DNA of 63,358 nucleotides, the filler included, from Thermodesulfobacteriota bacterium (GTDB taxonomy: Bacteria; DASVDK01): NCBI GenBank assembly GCA_036381125.1. It is 7 parts of 7 records of this genome, joined end to end, with 100 filler letters (N's around TTAATTAATTAA, not from the genome) between each part and the next. Parts side by side here need not be neighbours in the genome. Positions count along the whole stretch, not along the records: positions 23,704 to 53,498 come from DASVDK010000036.1; 6 more parts are not named here. One strand, written 5' to 3'. The position numbers were made by a program, and so were the translations under genes. Positions 30,651 through 40,902 of the stretch are shown here, piece after piece. How positions within the stretch are numbered: the stretch's first letter is position 1; each line of letters begins with the position of its first letter. Under the pieces are notes generated by a model. It had not been told where the DNA came from. It ran no database searches and saw nothing but the letters and a program-made list of their open reading frames with translations.

Positions 30651-32321
30651 CTAGAAGCCGAGCGCGGCGCCGTCGCTCCTCGGGTCGGCCGCCGCGAGGC
30701 GGACCCCCGCGGGGTCGAGGCGGATCACGCCGGCATGCCCCATCTGGTCGAGGCGGGAGCCGACGACCTGGACCGGGTGGCCGCGCTCCCGGAGGTCGCG
30801 CGCCGTCCGGGACAGCTCCGCCTCGAGCGCGAGCGTCAGTGTCGCCGCGCCCCACGTGCGGCCGTAGAGCCAGCGCGGTGCCTCGACGGCGGCCCTGGGG
30901 TCGAGGCCGTCGACGAAGAGGCGCAGCGCGAGCATGGCGCACGTCTGCGGTTGGCCATCCCCGCCCATCGTGCCGATGACCGCGTGCGGCGCGCCGCTCC
31001 TGGTGACGAGGAGGGGGCAGAGCGTGTGGAAGGGGCGCTTGCGCGGCGCGAGGGCGTTGGGGTGGTCCGGGTCGAGGCGAAAGCCGGCGCCGCGGTTCTG
31101 GAGGAGGACGCCGGTCCCCCGCGGCACGATCCCCGAGCCGAAGTCGAAGTAGAGGCTCTGGATGACGGACACCATGCGGCCGGCCGGATCGATCACGCCG
31201 AACCAGACGGTGTCGCCGTCGGCCGGCCCCGCGGCAGCGTCCCCGGCGGCGGCGAGGCCGGGTCTCACGGCCACCATGGCGCGGCGGCGGTCGATGAGCC
31301 CCGCGCGCGCGGCGAGGTAGGCCGGCTCGAGCAGGCGCTCCACGGCCACCGGCGTGTGATCGCGGTCGGCCACGAAGCGGTCGCGGTCGGCGAAGGCGAG
31401 CCGGGTGGCCTCGGCCACGAGGTGGATCCGGTCGGCCGAGCCGTCGGCCGTGTCGGCCACCCCGGCGGCGTCGAGGATGCCGAGGATCTGCAGCGCCGCC
31501 ACGCCCTGCGTGGACGGCGGCATGGCGAAGACCTCGAGCCCCCGCCACGCGAGCCGGATCGGCTCGACCCACTCGGCACGGTGCGCGGCGAAGTCCTCGG
31601 CCGCGAGCGGGCTGCCGACCTCGGCAAGGCCGGCGCAGAGCTCGGCCGCCACCCGCCCCCGATAGAACGTCTCGCGGCCGTCGGCGGCGATCTCGCCGAG
31701 CGTCCGCCCGAGCGCCCGGTTCGTGAGGACCTCGCCGACCTCCGGCGGGCGGCCGTTCACGAGGTAGGTTGACGCCCACTCGTCGAAGCGCTGCAGCGCC
31801 TTGCGCGCCCGGTCCTCCGTATCGAGGTTCTCGACGGTCCAGCGCGCCTGGCTCGCCGAGCACGGGTAGCCGCTCACGGCGTACCGGATGGCCGGCTCGA
31901 GCAGGTCGGCCCACGCGAGGGTCGAGCCCCACCGATCGACCGAGTGCCGGTAGGCCTCCCACCAGCCGTCCACCGCGCCCGGGACGGTCAGGGCCGCGGC
32001 CGGCCCGCGCCACGGGATGGTGGCGCTGCGGGCGCCGTAGGCCTCGCGTGCGGCGGCGGCGGCGGCCCGGCCGCTCGCGTCGAGCGCGCGTACGCGCACG
32101 GCGCCGTCGGGACCGCGGTCGGCCGGGTCGGCGATGAGCCAGAACCCGTCGCCGCCGATGCCCGTCATGTGCGGGTAGACCACGGACAGGACGGCCGCCA
32201 CGGCGATGGCCGCGTCGATGGCGGTCCCGCCGCGGACGAGGATGGCGTGCCCGGCCGAGGCGGCGAGCTCGTGCGGCGCCGTGACGGCCGCCAGTGGGGC
32301 GCGGAGCGGACGGTCGGCCAT
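30651..32321 (-). CDS. Gamma-glutamyltransferase family protein
   Basis: GGTAIDAAIA, PHMTGIGGDGF, TVPGAVDGW, GDT (nucleophile Thr), QSLYFDFGSG, KRPFHTL, ADPRSDG. Confidence 0.92.
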   Translation of the reverse strand: MADRPLRAPLAAVTAPHELAASAGHAILVRGGTAIDAAIAVAAVLSVVYPHMTGIGGDGFWLIADPADRGPDGAVRVRALDASGRAAAAAAREAYGARSATIPWRGPAAALTVPGAVDGWWEAYRHSVDRWGSTLAWADLLEPAIRYAVSGYPCSASQARWTVENLDTEDRARKALQRFDEWASTYLVNGRPPEVGEVLTNRALGRTLGEIAADGRETFYRGRVAAELCAGLAEVGSPLAAEDFAAHRAEWVEPIRLAWRGLEVFAMPPSTQGVAALQILGILDAAGVADTADGSADRIHLVAEATRLAFADRDRFVADRDHTPVAVERLLEPAYLAARAGLIDRRRAMVAVRPGLAAAGDAAAGPADGDTVWFGVIDPAGRMVSVIQSLYFDFGSGIVPRGTGVLLQNRGAGFRLDPDHPNALAPRKRPFHTLCPLLVTRSGAPHAVIGTMGGDGQPQTCAMLALRLFVDGLDPRAAVEAPRWLYGRTWGAATLTLALEAELSRTARDLRERGHPVQVVGSRLDQMGHAGVIRLDPAGVRLAAADPRSDGAALGF

Positions 32322-32989
32322 CAGGCGCCTGCCTGCCGGCGGGTCGTGCCCCAGGCCTTGGGGTCCGCGAGGAAGCGCCGCGTCTCGGCGATCTCGGCCG
32401 GAGAGAAGTAGCCCTTCGACTCGGCCACGTCGAGCAGCGTCGCCCAGGTCGTGAGGGAGTGGAGCGAGACCCCCTCGGCCGCGAGCGCGGGCCGGGTCTC
32501 GGGAATGGTGCCGTACTCGAACACGACGACCAGGTGGCCGACCGTCGCGCCGGCCTGGCGGATGCCCCGCAGGAAGTTGAACTTGCTGCCGCCGTCGGTG
32601 ATCAGGTCCTCGACGAGCAGCACGCGCTGCCCCTCCTCGAGGCGCCCTTCGATCTGCGCGCCGCGGCCGAAGGTCTTCGCCTGCTTGCGCACGTAGATCA
32701 TCGGCCGGTCGAGCCGCTCCGCCAGCCAGGCGGCGTACGGGATGCCGGCCGTCTCGCCGCCGGCGACCACGTCGAACGCCCCGGTGCCGATCTCGCGCTC
32801 GACCATGCGCGCCATGAGGTCCATGACCTCCCGCCGCTCGGCCGGGAAGCCGATCAGCCGCCGGATGTCGACGTAGACCGGCGAGAGGGCGCCAGAGGTG
32901 AAGACGAACGGCTTCTCGATGTTGCAGTGCACCGCGCGAATGCGGATGAGGTGCTCGGCGACCCGCCTGGCGCGATCGATGTCGGTCAT
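32321..32989 (-). CDS. pyrE: Orotate phosphoribosyltransferase
   Basis: TSG..SPVYVD.R, GGETAGIP, YVRK..K.FG, LLVEDLITDGGS. Confidence 0.92.
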   Translation of the reverse strand: MTDIDRARRVAEHLIRIRAVHCNIEKPFVFTSGALSPVYVDIRRLIGFPAERREVMDLMARMVEREIGTGAFDVVAGGETAGIPYAAWLAERLDRPMIYVRKQAKTFGRGAQIEGRLEEGQRVLLVEDLITDGGSKFNFLRGIRQAGATVGHLVVVFEYGTIPETRPALAAEGVSLHSLTTWATLLDVAESKGYFSPAEIAETRRFLADPKAWGTTRRQAGA

Positions 32990-33223
32990 CGCTGGTCTCC
33001 GCCCGGGTGCGGTCGGCCGGCCTCTCCGAACCGGCCGGCTCCCCGTCGGCCACCAAGCATACCACCCTGCCGATGCGCCCCTTCGGCGCGCCGTCTCGCC
33101 GACGTGGATCCGGCTCCCGGCGCCGCGACGCGGAAGCGGCGCAGGGGTGTCGCGTGATCGGAGCCCGGGTGTCGACGGGAACGTCCGGGACGGGACCGGG
33201 CGCGCAGGCCCTGACGGATCTGG

Positions 33224-34087
33224 TCAGCGGGCGACCCCCGAGCGCTCGCGCCCGGCCTCGAGGACGTGCGTGTACCGGTAGAGGAAGCCGACGAAGACGG
33301 CGCCGCCGATGACGTTGCCGAGCGTCGTCGGCGCCAGGTTCCAGGCGAGGAACTCGCCGTAGCCGACCGGGACGCCCGAGAGGATCCCGGTGTGGAAGAA
33401 GGCCATGCTCGAGGTGAGGTGCTGGAAGCCGAGCGCCTCGAACGTGGCGACGGGGAAGACGACCCCGATGACCTTCCCCGCAGTCGTCGGCGACGACTCC
33501 GCGATGAAGGCCGCCAGCCCGACGAGCCAGTTCCCCGCGATGCCGTGGAGGACGCAGGCGTACCAGCCGTAGGGCCCCAGCTCTTCGTACCGGAGGCCCT
33601 CCATCACCTTGGCCGTCAGCCGTGCCATCGGCTCGCCGTGGAAGGTCTGGCTCGCGCTGAGCAGATAGGCGACGAAGAGGGTCCCGACGGCGTTGCCGAC
33701 GTAGACGAGGGCCCAGAAGCCGACGTCCCTGGCGACCTGCCGCGCGGTCGCCCGGTTGCGGAAGACGACGAAGGGCATGGAGACGTGCAGCTCGGTCGCG
33801 AGGAGCCCCTCGCCGATGAAGACCATGATGAAGCCGGCCGCGAAGGCGACGCCGAAGAGCAGGCGCTGGATGCCGTCCCAGGGGATGCCGTTCGAGACCG
33901 CGACGGCGAAGGCGACGCCGAAGGCGACGTAGGCGCCCCCCGCGAACGCGAGCAGGAGCTGCTTCGGCCGGCCGGCGAGCCGGGACGCCTCGGTCTTCTC
34001 CGCGAGCCGTTCGGCCACCGCCTCGCCGATCGACGGGGCCGGCGCCTCCGGCGCACCAGCGCCGGGACGCTTGTGCGCGCGCGCCAT
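33224..34087 (-). CDS. Formate/nitrite transporter family channel
   Basis: AGGAYVAFG, GEGLLATE, VYVGNAVG, GIAGNWLVGLA, GFQH, TLGNVIGGAVFVG. Confidence 0.88.
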   Translation of the reverse strand: MARAHKRPGAGAPEAPAPSIGEAVAERLAEKTEASRLAGRPKQLLLAFAGGAYVAFGVAFAVAVSNGIPWDGIQRLLFGVAFAAGFIMVFIGEGLLATELHVSMPFVVFRNRATARQVARDVGFWALVYVGNAVGTLFVAYLLSASQTFHGEPMARLTAKVMEGLRYEELGPYGWYACVLHGIAGNWLVGLAAFIAESSPTTAGKVIGVVFPVATFEALGFQHLTSSMAFFHTGILSGVPVGYGEFLAWNLAPTTLGNVIGGAVFVGFLYRYTHVLEAGRERSGVAR

Positions 34088-34153
34088 GGCGGCGCGGCGC
34101 TGCAAGGGGCGGACCGGCGGTGCGTGCTCGGATGCTACCCTTACGGCGGCCCG

Positions 34154-35116
34154 ATGGCGATCGCGATCCCCGACGTCCCCAGGCGGCTGCGCCGCACCCT
34201 CCTCTACCCGTTCGTCGCGAGCGGCCGCGCGGCGCTCTCGGCGCTGCCCGCGCCGGCGGCGAGCCGGCTCGCCGACCTGGCCGCCGGCCTCGCGTTCCGG
34301 CTGCTGCCGCGCGAGCGGCAGCGGATGGCCGAGCATCTCGCCCTGGCCTTTCCGGAGAAGTCGGCAGCCGACCGGACGGCCATCGCCGAGGCCGCCTTCC
34401 GCCACTTCGCGCAGGTGTTCGTCGAGACCGCGCGGCTCACGCGGCTGTCGGACGGGGCGCTGGCCGACCTCGTCCGGGTGGAGGACCCGGGGGGCGTCCT
34501 CGACCGCCTCACGCGCGAGCGCAGCGGCGGCCTTGCCGTCACCGCGCACCTCGGCAACTGGGAGCTGCTCGCCGCGGTCTGCGCCCGCCGCGGCGTGCCG
34601 GTCCAGGTGGTGGCCACGCGGTTCCGGGACCCGCGGGTGAACGACCTGCTCGTCGAGCTGCGCGCCGCCTCCGGGATCCGCACGATCCAGCGCGACGAGG
34701 GCCCGCGTCCGATCCTGCGGGCGCTCAGGGAGGGCCACGTCCTCGGCATCCTGATCGACCAGGACACGGACGTCGACGGCTGCTTCGTCCCCTTCTTCGG
34801 CCGGCCGGCCTACACGACGAGGGGGCCGGGCGTCCTCCACCTCGCGACCGGCGCCACGGTCTTCACGCTCTTCTGCACGCGGCAGCCGGACGGCCGCTAC
34901 CTGCTCGAGGTCGAGCCGCCGCTGCCGCCGGCGCCGCCGGGCCTCACGGGACCGGCCCGGGCCGCGGCGGCCGAGGCGATCGTGGCGGAGTGCACGCGGC
35001 GGATCGAGGCCGCCGTGCGCCGTCACCCCGAGCAGTGGGTCTGGTGGCACCAGCGCTGGAAGACGACCCCCGAAGGGCACAGGAGTCGACCCGACCCCGG
35101 CAGGGTTTCGACCTGA
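34154..35116 (+). CDS. Lipid A lauroyl/lysophospholipid acyltransferase (LpxL/HtrB family)
   Basis: TAHLGNWE, LIDQD, VPFFGRPA, PEQWVWWHQRWK. Confidence 0.92.
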   Translation: MAIAIPDVPRRLRRTLLYPFVASGRAALSALPAPAASRLADLAAGLAFRLLPRERQRMAEHLALAFPEKSAADRTAIAEAAFRHFAQVFVETARLTRLSDGALADLVRVEDPGGVLDRLTRERSGGLAVTAHLGNWELLAAVCARRGVPVQVVATRFRDPRVNDLLVELRAASGIRTIQRDEGPRPILRALREGHVLGILIDQDTDVDGCFVPFFGRPAYTTRGPGVLHLATGATVFTLFCTRQPDGRYLLEVEPPLPPAPPGLTGPARAAAAEAIVAECTRRIEAAVRRHPEQWVWWHQRWKTTPEGHRSRPDPGRVST

Positions 35117-35392
35117 CCCCGCTTCGCGGGGGCGACCGGCACGGCTCCCGTGCCCGCGTGCCGCCCACGGACCGGCGTCACAGCGCTCGGGCCTGCGGCC
35201 CGGCCCCCGCGTCGCGCGACGTGGATCGGCTCCTGTGCCCGCGTGCCGCCCACGGACCGGTGTCGCAGCGCTCGGGCCTGCGGCCCGGGGCCGCTGGCGC
35301 GCCGTGTGAGCCGGCTCCCGTGCCCGCGTGCCGCCCACGGACCGGCGTCACAGCGCTCGGGCCTTCGGCCCGGCCCCCGCTTCGCGGGGGCG
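35117..35392. repeat. 85-bp-period array: three 61-bp conserved units with variable 24-nt segments
   Basis: Units at 35143-35203, 35228-35288, 35313-35373 (GGCTCCYGTGCCCGCGTGCCGCCCACGGACCGGYGTCRCAGCGCTCGGGCCTKCGGCCCGG); CCCCGCTTCGCGGGGGCG flanks both ends. Confidence 0.92.
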
Positions 35393-35395
35393 GCT

Positions 35396-36043
35396 TCACG
35401 CTACGGTGCCTGCGGTCTCGAGCTTGCCGGATTGCGGGAGGCGGTAGAAGCGGCGCAGTTCGCTCATCATGGCGCCGATCTGCCGATCGCGGCCGAGGTA
35501 GCGGCGCGCGAGCGAGCGGCAGTAGCGGCCGCCGAGGGCGTTGGCCGTGCGGTAGCGCTCGAGGCTCTCGGCGTCGAGACCGGCCTTGAGCTGGAACCGC
35601 TCGAAGAGCCGCTCGGCGAGCGCCTCGGGCGCGCCGCCGGCGCCCTGGGCCTCGAGGCAGAGCGCCGCCGTCACGAACTTGTCCACCTCGGCCTGCAGCT
35701 CCAGCTCGAGGCGCGTGACGCGGCGCGCGTGGATCGCGCTCCAGACGAGGTAGGTGAAGTGGCTCACCTCCTCGGTCGCGGCGCAGAAGTCCGAGAGGTT
35801 CTCGCCGTCGAGGCGCGTGAACGGATCGCGGCGCGAGAGGCGTTCGAGCGAGGGGGGCGACAGGTAGACGCCCACGTCGAGCGTCCCCTCCTCGCCCTGC
35901 ACGACGAGGACGGCGTCGTCCGAGACCTGGAGCGCCGCGGCCGCCTCGCCGTCGAGCAGGTAGTCCTGGACCTCGACCGGGAGCGCGACGTCGTACGTCC
36001 GCTCGAGGCTGGCCTGGATCTCCCGGAGGACGCCGCGGGTCAC
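35396..36043 (-). CDS. Conserved hypothetical protein (EEVSHF / ELELQAEVDKF motifs)
   Basis: GTGA overlap with upstream gene; host-like codon usage; motif resembles a degenerate zincin HExxH...E. Confidence 0.75.
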   Translation of the reverse strand: MTRGVLREIQASLERTYDVALPVEVQDYLLDGEAAAALQVSDDAVLVVQGEEGTLDVGVYLSPPSLERLSRRDPFTRLDGENLSDFCAATEEVSHFTYLVWSAIHARRVTRLELELQAEVDKFVTAALCLEAQGAGGAPEALAERLFERFQLKAGLDAESLERYRTANALGGRYCRSLARRYLGRDRQIGAMMSELRRFYRLPQSGKLETAGTVA

Positions 36044-36672
36044 TGCACGTACCTCGTCGGCACCGGCGTCGGCACGATCCCCTCCCTCGAGAGCTTCCGG
36101 GCGACCCGGCGGCTGCCGGTGCGCAGCCACCGTTCGTAGAGCCGCAGGAGCCCCGAGTTGCTCGTGAGCGAGAGCCCCTCGCTCACCTCGTTGAGCACCT
36201 CGACGAAGACCGGGAAGCGCGACGCCAGCTCGTCGTAGAGCTCCGCGTAGGCCGAGGGCCGGCGGCCGCCCTTCATGACGCCCGCGAGCTTGCCGTACGC
36301 CATCTCCCCCATCGAGACGTAGTAGTCCACGTCCACGACGTGGCGGGCGAGGCTGTCGGAGAAGACGCCCGAGACGTAAAGGGCGCGGTCGCCGAGCGCC
36401 TTGAGGAGGGCGACCTGCTCGCCGAGGCTCGCCCGGAGCGCACGGGCGAGCACGAGGGCGAGCGGCTCGTCCTCGAGGTCCTGGCCGGCGCCGGGGCCGG
36501 AGCGGTTCACGTTGAGGCGGTCGTTGAGCAGGGCGACGAGGTAGAACCGGGCGTCGTCGGTGGCGTCCACGCGCTGGTTCGCGAGCGCGCTGGTCACGCG
36601 CTCGTTGAAGAACTCGAGCGCCGAGCGTTCGGGCACGATGGGGGGCACCTCGGGCGGCCTGGATCTCGTCAT
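36040..36672 (-). CDS. Conserved hypothetical protein (LGD.ALY.SG.F.DSL...VD.DYY..MG..AY)
   Basis: RBS GGAGG before ATG 36672; helical protein ending LLRLYERWLRTGS. Confidence 0.78.
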   Translation of the reverse strand: MTRSRPPEVPPIVPERSALEFFNERVTSALANQRVDATDDARFYLVALLNDRLNVNRSGPGAGQDLEDEPLALVLARALRASLGEQVALLKALGDRALYVSGVFSDSLARHVVDVDYYVSMGEMAYGKLAGVMKGGRRPSAYAELYDELASRFPVFVEVLNEVSEGLSLTSNSGLLRLYERWLRTGSRRVARKLSREGIVPTPVPTRYVQ

Positions 36673-36706
36673 CCGCACCTCCGTCGAGCAGCCTGGGCCA
36701 CGGTTC

Positions 36707-36722
36707 TGCAAAGCCCGGGCCA
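36707..36722 (-). promoter_or_regulatory. Sigma-54 (-24/-12) promoter
   Basis: Minus strand TGGCCC-GGGCT-TTGCA, near-consensus, 35 nt upstream of ATG 36672. Confidence 0.75.
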
Positions 36723-36853
36723 CGAGGCCGCGCCAGCGGTTTCGCAGGCTTGGACGATTCGGGTGTGCAAGCTGTTCAAAGGGGTGCGCAGGGGTGCCCT
36801 CCGGCGGCACGTCCCGCCGCGACCCCGCTCACGGGCGCTACACTCTGCGGCGT

Positions 36854-38173
36854 ATGGACCTCTTCGAGACGGCGCGCGCGAAGGCGCGCGAGGGGCGCGC
36901 GCCGCTCGCCGACCGCATGCGCCCCAGGACGCTCGCCGAGTACGTCGGCCAGGCGCACCTCGTCGGGGAGGGGCAACCGCTCCGGCTCGCCATCGAGGCC
37001 GGCGTCGCGCCGTCGATGATCCTCTGGGGCCCGCCCGGCACCGGCAAGACCACCCTGGCCCGCCTGATCGCTCGGGAGATCGGCGCCCGGTTCGAGGAAG
37101 TGTCGGCCGTCACCGCGGGCGTGGCCGACCTCCGCCGTGTGGTCGAGGGGGCCCGCCGGGCCGCGGCGCCGACGCTCCTCTTCATCGACGAGATCCACCG
37201 GTTCAACAAGGCCCAGCAGGACGCCGTCCTCCCGTACGTCGAGGACGGTACGGTGACGCTGATCGGCTCGACGACGGAGAACCCCTCCTTCCAGGTGATC
37301 CCCGCGCTCCGGTCGCGGACCACGGTCTACCGGCTCGAGCCGCTCTCGCGCGAGGAGATCGGCGCCATCCTCGACCGCGCCATGGCCGACCGCGACCACG
37401 GCCTCGGCCGGACCGGCCTCGCGCTCGCGCCCGATGCCCGCGAGCACCTCGTGCTGTCGGCCAACGGCGACGCGCGCTACGCGCTGAACGCGCTCGAGGC
37501 GGCGGCCCGCGCGGCGCGCGGCACGATCGACCGTCCGCTCGTCGAGCGCGTGCTCCAGCGCGCCGCGCTCAGGTACGACCGGATGGGGGACGAGCACTAC
37601 GACCACGCCTCGGCGTTCCAGAAGAGCCTGCGCGGCTCCGACCCCGACGCGGCGCTCTACTGGCTGGCCAAGATGATCGCCGGCGGCGAGGACCCGCGCT
37701 TCATCGCCCGGCGGCTGCTCGTGACCGCCTCGGAGGACGTGGGCAACGCCGACCCGCTGGCGCTCGTCGTCGCCGAGGCGGCCGCACGCGCCGCGGAGAC
37801 GCTCGGGTGGCCGGAGGCGCGGCTGCCGCTCGCGCAGGCCGTCGTGTACGTGGCGACCGCCCCGAAGTCGAACGCCGTGATCGCCGCCATCGACGAGGCG
37901 CTGGCCGACGTGGAGCAACGCGGCCGCGCCTACCCGGTGCCGCCGGAACTCCGCGACACGCACTACCGCGATGCCGAACGCTACGGGCACGGGGCCGGCT
38001 ACCACTACAGCCACGAGGACCCCGACCGGCCGCAGGCGTTCCTGCCGGCGCCGCTGCGCGGGCGGCGCTACTACGAGCCGAGGAGCGAGGCGGAGCGGCG
38101 GCGCCTCGAGCGCCTGCCGAGGGGGAGCGCAGCACGGCGCGGCGAGCGGAAGGGGCCGGACGGCGAGCAGTAG
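36854..38173 (+). CDS. rarA: Replication-associated recombination protein A
   Basis: [60 protein letters not shown]. Confidence 0.96.
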   Translation: MDLFETARAKAREGRAPLADRMRPRTLAEYVGQAHLVGEGQPLRLAIEAGVAPSMILWGPPGTGKTTLARLIAREIGARFEEVSAVTAGVADLRRVVEGARRAAAPTLLFIDEIHRFNKAQQDAVLPYVEDGTVTLIGSTTENPSFQVIPALRSRTTVYRLEPLSREEIGAILDRAMADRDHGLGRTGLALAPDAREHLVLSANGDARYALNALEAAARAARGTIDRPLVERVLQRAALRYDRMGDEHYDHASAFQKSLRGSDPDAALYWLAKMIAGGEDPRFIARRLLVTASEDVGNADPLALVVAEAAARAAETLGWPEARLPLAQAVVYVATAPKSNAVIAAIDEALADVEQRGRAYPVPPELRDTHYRDAERYGHGAGYHYSHEDPDRPQAFLPAPLRGRRYYEPRSEAERRRLERLPRGSAARRGERKGPDGEQ

Positions 38174-38308
38174 CGCTCCGCGCCCGCGACTGCCAGACGT
38201 CGAACGCCCCGGAAGCCGCGATACCGGGCGGCCGGGGCGTTGTGGTCTCACACGGGTGCGCACAGCCGGGCCGAATGTACCAGGCTGCCGGTCGGGGGGT
38301 CAAGCCGC

Positions 38309-39214
38309 GTGAGCGTCGGGTCGGCTGCGCTGGTCCTCGTCGGCGCCAACCTCGCCTGGTCCGCGTCGGCCGCCGTCGCGAAGGTCGCGCTCGAGGACCT
38401 CACGCCGCCGCAACTCGCCTTTCTCCGGATGGCCCTTGCCTCGCTCGTGCTCCTCCCCGTCTCATGGCGGCTCGCGCCGGCCGGCATCGCTCGCGGCGAC
38501 CGGACGCGGGCCGCCGTGCTCGGCGTCCTCGGGTTCGCGCTGTCGTACGGCCTCGAGTACGGCGGCATCCGGCTCGCCCGCGCCTCGAACGCGGCGGTCT
38601 TCATCGCGCTCGAGCCGCTCGGGATCGTGCTCGCGGCGGCCGTGCTCCTGCGCGAGCGGGTGTCCGGCCTGCGGGTCCTCGCGACCGCCGTCGCCCTGGC
38701 CGGCGTGGCGCTCGTCTCGAGCGGCAACGACCCGGCGGCCGGCGGCCCCGCGACGCTCCCGGTCGTGGCCGGCAACCTCCTGCTGCTCGGCGCGGTCGCC
38801 TGCAACGTCTTCTACACGATCGGCGCCAAGCCGCTCCTCGACCGCTATCCCCCCCTCGCGTTCACCGCGTTCAGCGTTGCCGCCGGCGCCGCCGCCCTCG
38901 CCCCGGCGGCCGCGATCGACTGGCTCCGGGGCGCCGGCACGCTCGCCCCTTCCCGGCCGGCGCTCGCCGCCGTGCTCTACCTCGCCTTCGTGTCGACCGT
39001 GCTCGGCTACCTCCTGTGGAACAGCGTCCTGGTCCGCTTCGACGCCTCGTTCCTCGCGCTCTTCCTCTACGTCCAGCCGGTGAGCGGCGTCCTCGTCGCC
39101 TGGGCGCTCGTCGACGAGCGGCCGACCGGGACGTTCGTGGCAGGTGCCGCGCTGATCCTCGCCGCCGTGTGGCTCGCGACGCGGGGGGAGCGGAAGGCGG
39201 GGGGCGGCGGCTAG
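38309..39214 (+). CDS. EamA/DMT transporter
   Basis: ~10 TM helices, duplicated EamA repeat (LLRERV; LVDER). Confidence 0.85.
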   Translation: MSVGSAALVLVGANLAWSASAAVAKVALEDLTPPQLAFLRMALASLVLLPVSWRLAPAGIARGDRTRAAVLGVLGFALSYGLEYGGIRLARASNAAVFIALEPLGIVLAAAVLLRERVSGLRVLATAVALAGVALVSSGNDPAAGGPATLPVVAGNLLLLGAVACNVFYTIGAKPLLDRYPPLAFTAFSVAAGAAALAPAAAIDWLRGAGTLAPSRPALAAVLYLAFVSTVLGYLLWNSVLVRFDASFLALFLYVQPVSGVLVAWALVDERPTGTFVAGAALILAAVWLATRGERKAGGGG

Positions 39215-39239
39215 GGTCTGCGGGAAGGGAGGGAGCTCC

Positions 39240-39569
39240 ATGGATCGGGTCCTGAGGTCGATCGGGCTCTTCCTGGTGGCCGGGCTCTGCGAGATCGGCG
39301 GCGGCTACCTCGTCTGGCAGTGGTGGCGAAACGGCGCCTCCGCGGTCGTCGGCGCGCTGGGGGCCGTGGTGCTCGTGCTCTACGGCATCGTGCCGACCTA
39401 CCAGCCGGCCGGCTTCGGCCGCGTCTACGCGGCGTACGGCGGGTGGTTCGTCGTGCTCTCGGTCCTCTGGGGCGCCGTGGTCGACGGGGTTCGGCCGGAC
39501 CGCTACGACCTCCTCGGGGCGGCGGTCTGCCTCGCCGGGGTCGCGATCATCATGTACGCGCCCCGTTGA
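39240..39569 (+). CDS. YnfA/UPF0060 small membrane protein
   Basis: [28 protein letters not shown]. Confidence 0.92.
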   Translation: MDRVLRSIGLFLVAGLCEIGGGYLVWQWWRNGASAVVGALGAVVLVLYGIVPTYQPAGFGRVYAAYGGWFVVLSVLWGAVVDGVRPDRYDLLGAAVCLAGVAIIMYAPR

Positions 39570-39630
39570 GGCACCCGTCACGCCTCCCCCTCACCGCGCC
39601 GGATCGGACGGCGCGGGGCGGCGCCCGGAG

Positions 39631-40413
39631 TCAGTACGGGACGTTCACGGTGAGGCGGAAGGCCTGGGCCCCGTCGCCGGTCTGCCAGGTGTGGACGAGG
39701 TCGACCCTGACGCGGTCGTGCAGCGGCAGCCCGAGGCTCGACTCGAGGCGGTCGCGCGTGACGCTGTAGGCGACGCGCGTGCGGAGCGGCTCGCGCACGA
39801 CCTGCACGGCCGGCTCGAGCCGCGTGACGCCGATGCGGACGCCGACGCGGACCGACACGCCGCCCGGGAGGGTTCGAGGCACGACCTTGCGCGGGACCGG
39901 CGGCGGCGCGGGGGCCTCGGGCGTCAGGTCCCCGGGCTCCTCGGCGTCGACCGGCCGGCCGAAGAACTCCTCGAGGCGGCGCGCCTCCTCGAAGCGCGCG
40001 ATCTCCACGAAGAGGGGCGAGGCGCGAAGGACCTGGTCGAGCGCCGCGTCGGCCAGCTCGCGCCCCTGCTCGTACGCGAGCTCCTCCTTGAGGGCGGCGA
40101 GCCGCTCGCGCCCGAGCCGATCGGCGACCGGCTCGTCCTCGAAGAAGGCGTCCGGGCTCAGGTACTGCTGCCGGTACCGGAGGGCGAGGTCGGCGTCGAC
40201 GGGGGGCGGCCGGCGGAGCAGGGCGAAGAGGCCGCCCGGCTCGGGCGGCGCAAGGCGCCAGGTGTCGGCCAGCTCCGAGTCCGCGGCCGCGGGCGCGGCG
40301 ACGAGCGCCGCGACGATCAGGGCCGCGGCGAGAGCCGCCGCGGAGGCGAGCGGCCACGTCGCCAGCCGGCACCGCCGGCCGGGGCGGGCCGCAGGCTCGC
40401 AGCCGACGCGCAT
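39631..40413 (-). CDS. Hypothetical exported protein with C-terminal beta-strand region
   Basis: Hydrophobic signal-like segment, C-terminal FRLTVNVPY; start uncertain. Confidence 0.55.
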   Translation of the reverse strand: MRVGCEPAARPGRRCRLATWPLASAAALAAALIVAALVAAPAAADSELADTWRLAPPEPGGLFALLRRPPPVDADLALRYRQQYLSPDAFFEDEPVADRLGRERLAALKEELAYEQGRELADAALDQVLRASPLFVEIARFEEARRLEEFFGRPVDAEEPGDLTPEAPAPPPVPRKVVPRTLPGGVSVRVGVRIGVTRLEPAVQVVREPLRTRVAYSVTRDRLESSLGLPLHDRVRVDLVHTWQTGDGAQAFRLTVNVPY

Positions 40414-40494
40414 GCGCCCAGGTACGCCAGGGCTCGGACCGGAGTCAAGCACAAAGGGGACGTTGCGGACGTCGGCTGCGCCGCGGGACCCGGT

Positions 40495-40902
40495 TCAGAG
40501 GGCCGGCCGGCTTCCGCGGCGATGCCGCTCCGTCATCGCGCAGCCGCTCACCACCGTGGCGCCGACGGCCCGGGCCCGCTCGAGGGTCTCCGGCGTCGCC
40601 GACCCGGGCTGGAACCAGAGGCGGGTGATGCCGAGCGCGAGCGCCTCCTCGACCACGCGCGCGGTCACCTCCGGGGGGGTGACGAAGTCGACCACGTCCG
40701 GACGCTCCGGGAGGCTCGCGAGGGTCGGCCAGGCGGGGTCCCCCTCGACCTGCGTCGCGTTCGGGTTGACGGCCATGACCCGGTAGCCCCCCGCGCGCAG
40801 GTCGAAGTAGACCATGTTGCCGAACTTGCTCCGGTCCTTGCTGGCGCCGACGATCGCCCAGGTGGGGCGGGCGAGGCAGTCGGCCACGGCGTCGTCGCTC
40901 AC
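40495..40902 (-). CDS. CoA-binding protein (YccU-like)
   Basis: WAIVGAS, AVNP, PDVVDFVTPP, LWFQPG. Confidence 0.9.
   Translation of the reverse strand: MSDDAVADCLARPTWAIVGASKDRSKFGNMVYFDLRAGGYRVMAVNPNATQVEGDPAWPTLASLPERPDVVDFVTPPEVTARVVEEALALGITRLWFQPGSATPETLERARAVGATVVSGCAMTERHRRGSRPAL

Noticed and set aside
35143-35373. Canonical CRISPR array
   Set aside because: Repeat of 61 bp is too long, only two GC-rich spacers, no AT-rich leader and no cas genes; kept as a non-CRISPR repeat finding.
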